A model generated the notes under the pieces. That model was not told where the DNA came from. It searched no databases and saw only the letters and a program-made list of their open reading frames with translations. Positions 56,556-64,000 of a stretch of 64,000 bases of DNA are shown one piece after another. Source of the stretch: Elusimicrobiota bacterium (GTDB lineage: Bacteria > Elusimicrobiota > UBA8919). Position 1 is the stretch's first letter, and every line of letters starts with the position of its first letter. The translations under genes and the position numbers were made by a program. Location of the stretch: positions 10,407-74,406 of the forward strand of contig JBFLWK010000002.1 of assembly GCA_040757695.1 (NCBI GenBank), given 5' to 3'.

Positions 56556-58054
56556 TGACAATTAAAAATTACAAATTAAAAATTAAAAATTGTGGTTTGT
56601 TTTTGACATTCATTTTTCATTTTTCATTTTTCATTTTTCATTGCCTCTATGCTTCTTTTTCCGATATAAATATCACAAAAAATGATGGGCTTGCCAAATC
56701 AGGTGTCGCATCAATTTCCGATATTTCTGCATCTGTTATCAATCCAGCAGGTATCTCGCTTATTAAAGGAACACAGGTCTCTGTTGAATATCAGAAACTG
56801 TTTGTTGGATTGAAAGGTCCGTCTTACGAAGTTGACGGATTCAACAAACTAGATATCTCTAACAGTTTTTTGGGCTTGGCGACATCACTGCCTAAAAATA
56901 TCGGTGCAGTATCGTTCTATTGGAAATCATTCACAAGTTATAACCAGTATTTGGAAAATGTTTACGCTTTATGCTATGCAAGAAATTTAGAAGAAATATT
57001 TTTACGAGAAAAAGAAGAAGAATTCTCAGTTGGCGTTTCGTTAAAATATCTAACTGTTGGATATACCGCAGATGAATACACTCAGGATTTTTTTGATAAA
57101 TACGGGAATACAGCCAGCGGGTTTTCATCTGACTTGGGCTTGAAGTACTCGCCTGTCAGAGGGTTGGATTTCGGCGTTGCATTCTTGAATATCTATTCAT
57201 CTGATTTAGGGCTTGTTTATGAAAACAAACCGGAAAAACAGACTTTTTTAGGCGCTTCCTATAAACCAATAAACTATCTGACTGCAACCTGTGCATATTC
57301 GTTCAAAGAATCATATCCGTCTCAAAATGTTCATCTTGGTGCTGAATTTGAACTCCTAAGAAAACTTATTACTCTGCGGTCAGGCATTAACCGTGATGAA
57401 ATAACTACCGGCTGGACATTAAAAGGTGGGAAGTGGGGAAATTTTAATATCAATTACGCATTTGCATATCCGTTCCAGCTCGTTTCCTCCTACGGCTCAC
57501 ATATTCTATCGGTAGTATTTGAACTTCCACCAACTGCAGCAGAAGAACCTGAAACTGTCACACCAGCACCACCAGCTCCCCCAGTCACTGAACAACCTCA
57601 GCCAGAACCTGTCCCGACTGAAATTGAGAAACCAGTTGAAGCAGTCCCCCCCCCACCCCTCCCAGAACCACAGGTGCCGAAACCAGTCCCTAAACAAAAA
57701 GAATTTACAGAAAAACAGAAGAAAAGAATTATGGAACGACATTATAATAAAGCAATCTGGCATTTGCAACATGGTGAAGATAAACAGGCAATAATAGAGT
57801 TTGAAAAAATACTGAAATTAGAACCGAACCATAAACCATCGTTAGTACGGCTTGAGGCAGCAAAAAAACGGACTGATAAAGAACGAATAAAAGAAAAAAT
57901 AAAACAGCATTGGACACAGGGTGTAAAACTTTACCAGCAGAAACAATTTGATAATGCAAAAAAGGAGTTTGAAGAAATTCTGAAAATAAATCCAGCACAC
58001 GAACCATCAAAAAAACGGCTGGAACTGATAAAAAAAGAGTTGAAAAAAAGGTAA
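56552..58054 (+). CDS. PorV/PorQ-family-like outer-membrane beta-barrel with Pro-rich linker and two C-terminal TPR-like repeats
   Basis: ISASVINPAGISL motif; linker PAPPAPPVTEQPQPEPVP; tail HYNKAIWHLQHGEDKQAIIEFEKILKLEPNH and FDNAKKEFEEILKINPAH. ATG 56552 overlaps the upstream stop. Confidence 0.5.
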   Translation: MMTIKNYKLKIKNCGLFLTFIFHFSFFIFHCLYASFSDINITKNDGLAKSGVASISDISASVINPAGISLIKGTQVSVEYQKLFVGLKGPSYEVDGFNKLDISNSFLGLATSLPKNIGAVSFYWKSFTSYNQYLENVYALCYARNLEEIFLREKEEEFSVGVSLKYLTVGYTADEYTQDFFDKYGNTASGFSSDLGLKYSPVRGLDFGVAFLNIYSSDLGLVYENKPEKQTFLGASYKPINYLTATCAYSFKESYPSQNVHLGAEFELLRKLITLRSGINRDEITTGWTLKGGKWGNFNINYAFAYPFQLVSSYGSHILSVVFELPPTAAEEPETVTPAPPAPPVTEQPQPEPVPTEIEKPVEAVPPPPLPEPQVPKPVPKQKEFTEKQKKRIMERHYNKAIWHLQHGEDKQAIIEFEKILKLEPNHKPSLVRLEAAKKRTDKERIKEKIKQHWTQGVKLYQQKQFDNAKKEFEEILKINPAHEPSKKRLELIKKELKKR

Positions 58055-58178
58055 AAAAGTTGTAAAATGACCCGTTGTATTAAAAACAGGACGCAGATGA
58101 ACGCAGATGGACACAGATTATATCCTGATTTTTCTGCGTAAATCTGCGTCCAGTTTGCATACGATACGGAATCCGACT

Positions 58179-59522
58179 ATGCTGAACAAATATCTTGTTA
58201 GTCAATTTTTATTGCCCGTAATTTGCGGGTTGTTTTCTATCTATTTTTTGTATAACTCTGCTATACAAACCGTTAATATCAGATATATATTCCCGGTTTT
58301 TATTTTTTTTCTTTTTATATTGTATTTTTTGTCAGACCAGGTTTTAGCCGGTATTTTTTTTATATTTTATCTGGCTGTCGGCTTTTTAGCACTGATTTTT
58401 TCAAACGGGTTTGACAGGATTATCGTACTTCTGGAAATTGGTTATCTGATTGCTATCTTTATACTGGCTGATAGATTTTTGAATACATTTTCAGAAAAAT
58501 GTGCTATCCTGAAAGAAGAAACCGAAAATCTGCACTCTAAGTTAAACAATGCAGTAAAAACAAGTAAAGAACTTGTAAAAAAAGAAGATGGCTTAAAAAT
58601 ACAACTTGCTAATTATAAATCAATCACAGATATTATCCAGAATGTAAGTGCTACATTTGATACAAAAATAATAGAAACCTCTATTGTTGACTCAATCAAA
58701 CGATTTATTCCAAAAGGTAGTGTAGAACTCTTTTTCAATAAAAATAACGACCGTATTATCACCGATATTTTTGATAAAAATATAATGCTCAAAATTGACG
58801 ATATGAACTATTCACAGTACAGAGATACGCCGGTTAATTTCAGATCCTGTATTGCAGTACCATTCATAAATGAAGGGCAAACATTTGCAGTCGCAACAGT
58901 AAAATCAGATACCGCATATAATTTTAACGATTCAGATTTGAGAATGCTTTCTGTATTAGCGGATATCTTTTCACTCGGCTATATCAATGCACAACTCTAT
59001 AAAAAAACAGAAGAACTGGCAATCACTGACGGGCTCACAGGACTTTTTGTCCATTCATATTTTATAGAAATCCTGTCAGGAAATGTGTCCACTGCCAAAT
59101 ATTCAAAAACTAATCTTTCACTGATTATGCTGGATATTGATAATTTTAAGGACTTCAATGATAGATTCGGACATGAAGCCGGCGACGCAGTGCTCAAGTT
59201 TGTTGCAGATAGTATCCGTGCCAATACCAGAGAAACGGATATTATCGCCAGATATGGTGGTGAAGAGTTTGTAATACTTTTGCCATATACAAAACTGAAC
59301 GATGCAAAAGCAATTGCAGAACGAACCCGAAAATGGATTTATACAAAAGAGATAAATTTCAATAATAATATTTTGAAAATAACTGCAAGTTTCGGTGTCT
59401 GTGAATATAAATGTAGCCCCGACTTTAGTCAGGGTGAGCGAAGTGAAACAGAAGATTTTATAAATAATTGCGATATAAATTTATACACTGCCAAAAAACG
59501 AGGAAAAAACTGTGTGGTATGA
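58179..59522 (+). CDS. membrane-anchored GGDEF diguanylate cyclase
   Basis: RYGGEEF at the active site; multiple N-terminal TM helices. The 58107 start lies inside an ACGCAGAT iteron palindrome. In-frame REP-2-like insert SPDFSQGERSE at 59420-59455. Confidence 0.7.
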   Translation: MLNKYLVSQFLLPVICGLFSIYFLYNSAIQTVNIRYIFPVFIFFLFILYFLSDQVLAGIFFIFYLAVGFLALIFSNGFDRIIVLLEIGYLIAIFILADRFLNTFSEKCAILKEETENLHSKLNNAVKTSKELVKKEDGLKIQLANYKSITDIIQNVSATFDTKIIETSIVDSIKRFIPKGSVELFFNKNNDRIITDIFDKNIMLKIDDMNYSQYRDTPVNFRSCIAVPFINEGQTFAVATVKSDTAYNFNDSDLRMLSVLADIFSLGYINAQLYKKTEELAITDGLTGLFVHSYFIEILSGNVSTAKYSKTNLSLIMLDIDNFKDFNDRFGHEAGDAVLKFVADSIRANTRETDIIARYGGEEFVILLPYTKLNDAKAIAERTRKWIYTKEINFNNNILKITASFGVCEYKCSPDFSQGERSETEDFINNCDINLYTAKKRGKNCVV

Positions 59523-60657
59523 AATAATATCAGGAGTTATATGGCTGCTGCCTGTTTTGTTTATTACATTGAAACAACTCAAAGGAAGCCAGATATTTGG
59601 ATTGTGTTCTATCGGTATTTTTATCTTTATTTTTTGTTTTGTAAAAAGCATTTATTTCTATCATATTTCAGGGATGCTGTTTTTAATTGTAGCAGGTATT
59701 GTAAGATATAATTCAGATAAAAAATTCGGTTTGCTGTATTCAGAACATTTAGGAATAAAAGAAAAAATGAATACTGATATTGTGAAAACCGAGAATGAAA
59801 TAATCGGTCTTACTAAAAATACTGCAGAGGCAGAAAAAAATATCGCTACATATGAGATGTTCTACTCAATCTCCAAAATTCTTGTAAAACAGATAGACTT
59901 GAATGAAATAGTAAAGAATATAAAATCAGTAGTATTCTTTTTGAGACCGTTTATAAAGACATTTGAGATTTATACAGGTGAAAATCTACCAAAAAAATGG
60001 TCGGGATTTGAAGTGCCTGTTTTGATTGGCGAAGAACGGCTCGGCGTTATCCAACTGGCAGTAGATAAAGAAATAGCAGCTGCGTTTTCATACAATTTTT
60101 TAGAAGAGTGCGAAGTAATTTCACATCAGGTGGCACTCGGACTGAAAAGAGCAAGGTTGTATCAACTGGTTTTAGAACGCTCCCGAATTGATGGGCTCAC
60201 TGGCTTGTATCTCAGACGCTATTTTATTGAACGACTGAAACAGGAGTTTGTGTATTCACGACGGTATGGAACCTTCTTCTCGTTTCTGATAATAGATATT
60301 GACCATTTCAAAAAAATTAACGATACCTACGGGCACCTGACTGGTGATAAAATACTTTCTGAACTCGCAACAATTTTTAAATCGGTATTTCATCCTGGAA
60401 TAATTGTTTCCAGATACGGTGGTGAAGAGTTTGCTGTGGTTGTCGGACTTACTCCAAAAGAAGAAGTAAAACAATTAGCAGAAAAATTGAGAAAAACGGT
60501 TGAAGAACATCTTTTTGCTGAAGATATACAAACAACAATAAGTATCGGTATCGCTTACAGACATCAGGCAGAAAGCGAGGATGAAATCATCAGAAAGGCA
60601 GACGAGGCACTCTACAGAGCAAAAAATAAAGGTCGGAACAAAGTCGTAGAATACTAA
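59512..60657 (+). CDS. GGDEF diguanylate cyclase with N-terminal TM and GAF-like region
   Basis: RYGGEEF, KADEALYRAKNKGRN. Confidence 0.8.
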   Translation: MWYEIISGVIWLLPVLFITLKQLKGSQIFGLCSIGIFIFIFCFVKSIYFYHISGMLFLIVAGIVRYNSDKKFGLLYSEHLGIKEKMNTDIVKTENEIIGLTKNTAEAEKNIATYEMFYSISKILVKQIDLNEIVKNIKSVVFFLRPFIKTFEIYTGENLPKKWSGFEVPVLIGEERLGVIQLAVDKEIAAAFSYNFLEECEVISHQVALGLKRARLYQLVLERSRIDGLTGLYLRRYFIERLKQEFVYSRRYGTFFSFLIIDIDHFKKINDTYGHLTGDKILSELATIFKSVFHPGIIVSRYGGEEFAVVVGLTPKEEVKQLAEKLRKTVEEHLFAEDIQTTISIGIAYRHQAESEDEIIRKADEALYRAKNKGRNKVVEY

Positions 60658-60715
60658 ATCACGAATAACACCCGAATGAAAAATATTGATATTCGGGAGA
60701 TATTTGGGAGGAATT

Positions 60716-61636
60716 ATGTTAAACTCAAAAACGCGTGAGACAGTTGTATCGTATCTTTTTTTAGCACCATTTTTGGCAATTTTTTCTGTGTTCCTTTTGT
60801 ATCCTGTATTCTATTCGCTGTATCTTTCATTCCGGTCAATCACACCCACTACGGATTTGTTTAACGCTTTTGCAGATATGAAGTTCGTCGGACTAAAAAA
60901 TTATATCACACTTGTGAATGATTTTGAGTTCTGGTGGTCGTTAGTAACTACGGGTTATTATGCGGTTTTGTATATCCCGCTTTCTATCGGTGTATCGCTC
61001 GTGCTTGCAATTATTTTGAATAACCAACTGAAAGGCCATTCTATTTTTAGGTCTGCATATTTTCTGCCGAATGTATTGGATATGTTTGTCGTCGGTATTA
61101 TCTGGCTTTTTATATATGCACCACATTATGGAATTTTAGACAGAGTTCTTACGCTTTTTAATATTACATACTTTGCTGAGAAAGGTGTTCTGGCAAACGA
61201 AAAAACAGCGATGCTCGGCGTGGTAGTTGCGCTGGTTCTGAAAAATGCCGGGTTTGGGATGATACTGTTTCTCGCAGCAATCCAGAATATATCTCAATCC
61301 GTTTTTGAGGCTGCGGATATTGATGGTGCTAACGAATGGCAAAAATTCAAACATATAACACTACCACTTGTCAGACCGATTATTTTGTTTCTTGTAATAA
61401 CAGGCACTATTGTTGCGTTGAATGCGTTCGCAGAAATTTATGCAATGACCAGTGGTGGGCCTGAAATGGTTGTTGCAGGAAAAACAGTCGGTGCAACAAA
61501 AGTTTCCGGGTATTATCTTTATAGACAATTTGAACGAATGAATTATGGTGATGCTGCAGCAATTTCGTATTTTCTGTTAGCATTAACGCTGGTTATCTCA
61601 TATATAAATGCAAAAGTGTTACATAAAAAATATTAA
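60716..61636 (+). CDS. ABC sugar transporter permease (MalF-like)
   Basis: 6 TM; EAA loop AAIQNISQSVFEAADIDGA; GGGAGG SD 5 nt before ATG 60716. Confidence 0.8.
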   Translation: MLNSKTRETVVSYLFLAPFLAIFSVFLLYPVFYSLYLSFRSITPTTDLFNAFADMKFVGLKNYITLVNDFEFWWSLVTTGYYAVLYIPLSIGVSLVLAIILNNQLKGHSIFRSAYFLPNVLDMFVVGIIWLFIYAPHYGILDRVLTLFNITYFAEKGVLANEKTAMLGVVVALVLKNAGFGMILFLAAIQNISQSVFEAADIDGANEWQKFKHITLPLVRPIILFLVITGTIVALNAFAEIYAMTSGGPEMVVAGKTVGATKVSGYYLYRQFERMNYGDAAAISYFLLALTLVISYINAKVLHKKY

Positions 61637-61639
61637 AAA

Positions 61640-61735
61640 GGCAAGTTAAAGGTATAAATTAAAGGTTAAAATTAAAGGTATAAATTAAAATTACAACCAA
61701 ATTTTAACCTTTAACCTTTAACCTTTAACCTGCAG
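61640..61735. repeat. long inter-cistronic hairpin of (TTAAAGGT)n ... (AACCTTTA)n inverted 8-bp repeat arrays
   Basis: 4 direct TAAAGGT units then 4 inverted AACCTTTAA units between the two permease genes. Confidence 0.7.
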
Positions 61736-61737
61736 TT

Positions 61738-62598
61738 ATGGGGGGTTCTATGCCAAAAGTACAAGGTGAAAAAACAGTGGTGTTTATTAAGCGGTCAATT
61801 CTTTATGTAGCAATAACATTAGGAGCGATATTTGTACTGTTCCCGTTTTTCTGGATGGTTTTTGTTGCTATAAAACCGGAAGGTCAGGCGTTTTCGTTGA
61901 CAATCTCGTTTGCAAAACCGTTATGGAAAAACTTCGTCTCTATTGCAACTGACCCGTCATACCCGTTCTGGAGATTTTTCATAAACAGTTTGATTGTCGC
62001 TACAATGGGCGCCGCATTGACGACACTTTTTTGTTCTATGGGTGGTTATGTATTCGCTAAAAAAGATTTCTATCTGAAAGAAATATTATTCTGGTTTTTG
62101 CTTTCTACAATGATGATACCGGGAATGATGTTTTTAGTGCCGCAGTTTGCAATCGTCACAAAACTACACTGGATAAATACATACAAAGGAATGGTTATCC
62201 CGCATGTAGCAAGTGTATTCGGGATTTTTATGATGCGGCAGTATATTGAAACGATTCCTTCATCCTTGATTGAATCGGCAAAAATTGATGGAGCATCAGA
62301 ATTACAGATTTTTTTCAGGATTATTATCCCGTTATCGCTTGCAATTACTACAACGCTGTTTTTGTTGACATTCCTGTTTCATTGGTCAAATTTTTTGTGG
62401 CATCTTGTTGTGAATACACCGGATTCGCCGAAATTAACTCTGCCCGTCGGGCTCGCACTTTTTAGAGGACAGTATCAGATGGACTGGGAAAAGATGATGG
62501 CTGCGAGTTGTTTTACAATAATACCAATAGCAATTCTGTTTCTGTTAGCACAAAAATTCTTTATAGAGGGTTTAACCTCCGGCGCAGTAAAAGAATAA
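61738..62598 (+). CDS. ABC sugar transporter permease (MalG-like)
   Basis: 6 TM; ESAKIDGASELQIFFRIIIPL EAA motif. Confidence 0.8.
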   Translation: MGGSMPKVQGEKTVVFIKRSILYVAITLGAIFVLFPFFWMVFVAIKPEGQAFSLTISFAKPLWKNFVSIATDPSYPFWRFFINSLIVATMGAALTTLFCSMGGYVFAKKDFYLKEILFWFLLSTMMIPGMMFLVPQFAIVTKLHWINTYKGMVIPHVASVFGIFMMRQYIETIPSSLIESAKIDGASELQIFFRIIIPLSLAITTTLFLLTFLFHWSNFLWHLVVNTPDSPKLTLPVGLALFRGQYQMDWEKMMAASCFTIIPIAILFLLAQKFFIEGLTSGAVKE

Positions 62599-62613
62599 AA
62601 AAAATTAAAAAAA

Positions 62614-63222
62614 GTAGACGGCACTTAAGTACCGTCTACTAAAGGAGAAAACTTTATGGGTAAACTTCAAAGATTTTTGGAGAAAGGAGCGGTATATTTT
62701 GTAACAACAAATACAATTGAACGAAACAAAATTTTTAGTGATGAAACCGCAGCAAAATTTCTATTGTTATGTATTGGTTATCACAAATTTATGCTCAATT
62801 TTAATTTATTGGGTTATGTAATAATGCTAGACCATTTACATTTATTATTGCAGGTTTTAACTGAAAAATATAGTTTGTCTAATATAATGAAACAAATCAA
62901 AGGCAATTTCGCAAGAAAATATAACGAATGGTTATATCAAAGTAGTCGGCACTTAAGTGCCGACTACAAGAAAAGGATTATGAAAAAATCTGGGAACCAT
63001 ATTTACATGCCCGCATGGCAGGAAAAATTTTATGATATTGCGTTACGCGACCCGAAACAGATTCGGGAAAAAATTGAGTATATGCACTGGAATCCCGTCA
63101 AGGCAGGGCTTGTTAATCACCCTAAAGAATACGAATTTTCAAGCTATCACCAGTATTACGGTGAAAAAAGAACATGGATACAAATACCGATAGAAAAATT
63201 CATTATCTAATACGGCACTTAA
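62614..63222 (+). mobile_element. RAYT family-1 cassette, second copy (REP - RAYT - REP)
   Basis: 5' GTAGACGGCACTTAAGTACCGTCTAC (62614-62639), 3' ACGGCACTTAAATGCCGTCTAC (63201-63222). Confidence 0.7.
62656..63210 (+). CDS. REP-associated tyrosine transposase (RAYT), paralog of 39002-39559
   Basis: LDHLHLLL HuH; YMHWNPVKAGLVNHPKEYEFSSY; internal perfect 26-nt palindrome 62943-62968 at the same position as in the paralog; SD AAAGGAG. Confidence 0.75.
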   Translation: MGKLQRFLEKGAVYFVTTNTIERNKIFSDETAAKFLLLCIGYHKFMLNFNLLGYVIMLDHLHLLLQVLTEKYSLSNIMKQIKGNFARKYNEWLYQSSRHLSADYKKRIMKKSGNHIYMPAWQEKFYDIALRDPKQIREKIEYMHWNPVKAGLVNHPKEYEFSSYHQYYGEKRTWIQIPIEKFII

Positions 63223-63260
63223 ATGCCGTCTACATAATTAGATAATTAGATGACTGAAAA

Positions 63261-64000
63261 ATGAAAATATCTAAAATACTGATACCACTTTATATACTAT
63301 TTTTAGTTTATGTCTTTGTTTTACAGTTTCTTTCTGTCGCATCATTTGTTAAACTGATTTTACTACTTGTTATTATTACGAGTTTTGTCTGGATTATCTT
63401 ACATTACAAGAAAAAAATATCATCTATTGAAAGAAAATATCATAATATCTTAACAAAGTATTTAGACCCGAAAATTGTAAAACAACTTGTTACAGAGCAA
63501 GATGAACTACATTCTGAAACAGAAAAGAGAAGTATTACAATAATGTTTATAGATATTAGGGGATATACAAGTTTGGCAGAGAAAATTCAGCCTGAAAAAT
63601 TGGTAAAGACACTTAATGAATATTTGGAAGCTATTACAAATATTATTATCAAATTTGGTGGAACTGTTGATAAATTTATAGGAGACGGTATATTATGCTT
63701 TTTTGGTAATCCGACTGAATATGCTGACCATCCTTTGCGTGCTATAAAATCTGCATTAGTAATCCAAAACACAATAAAGTCGTTAAATAAACAATGGATA
63801 AAAACAGAGCAACCTCTTATTCATCTCGGAATAGGAATAAATACGGGTGAAGTGATAATTGGGAATATCGGTGGGAATGACAGAATGGATTATACAGTTA
63901 TTGGTGATAATGTGAACATTACTTCACGATTATGCGATATTGCAGAAGCAGAACAGATAATTGTTTCCGAATTAACATATGAAGCAGTAAAAGAAAATGT
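63261..64000 (+). CDS. membrane-anchored class III adenylate/guanylate cyclase (partial, runs off window end)
   Basis: My own translation: two TM helices then ITIMFIDIRGYTSLAEKI...GGTVDKFIGDGILCFFGNP...LGIGINTGEVIIGNIGG (CHD catalytic-domain motifs). No stop before 64000. Confidence 0.7.
   Translation, partial: MKISKILIPLYILFLVYVFVLQFLSVASFVKLILLLVIITSFVWIILHYKKKISSIERKYHNILTKYLDPKIVKQLVTEQDELHSETEKRSITIMFIDIRGYTSLAEKIQPEKLVKTLNEYLEAITNIIIKFGGTVDKFIGDGILCFFGNPTEYADHPLRAIKSALVIQNTIKSLNKQWIKTEQPLIHLGIGINTGEVIIGNIGGNDRMDYTVIGDNVNITSRLCDIAEAEQIIVSELTYEAVKEN

Overview
AT-rich (~38% GC) bacterial chromosomal segment with nearly every gene on the + strand. From the gene content (T9SS-type C-terminal sorting domains, PorV/PorQ-like outer-membrane barrels, FN3/CBM-rich surface megaproteins, GH57/GH13 modules) I infer an FCB-superphylum-like, possibly uncultivated lineage; I cannot name the organism from sequence alone.

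Coding content:
- Two giant secreted alpha-glucan-active megaproteins: 5454 aa with three GH57-like modules, and 2787 aa with a GH13 alpha-amylase module.
- Four tandem pairs of a secreted cargo protein ending in a T9SS-like C-terminal sorting domain, each followed by a PorV/PorQ-like barrel gene. Three of the barrels carry unusual C-terminal TPR-like tails.
- Three ABC sugar-uptake loci, a two-component system, two GGDEF cyclases, and a class III nucleotidyl cyclase partial at the window end.
- Three REP-associated tyrosine transposase (RAYT) genes of two families.

The most unusual material is non-coding or sub-genic:
- GTAG-prefixed TTAA-centred perfect palindromes (REP-like) flank the RAYTs. 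They also sit in-frame inside at least five coding sequences, including inside both RAYT genes.
- A second REP family (CCGACTTTAGTCGG plus CCCACTAAAGTGGG doublets) supplies the stop codons and C-termini of two proteins.
- 5' ends and signal peptides of about ten secreted-protein genes are built from 7/8-bp short tandem repeats. These are a purine-rich n-region repeat and a complementary pyrimidine-rich h-region repeat able to form a long start-region hairpin. They end in a DNA-conserved ACCTGCCTTTATG (T-C-L-Y) cassette.
- Helically phased ACGCAGAT iterons, CCGAAT/ATTCGG half-site arrays around the two-component genes, and a 150-bp inverted repeat bracketing an ABC permease gene.

No rRNA, tRNA or CRISPR was seen.
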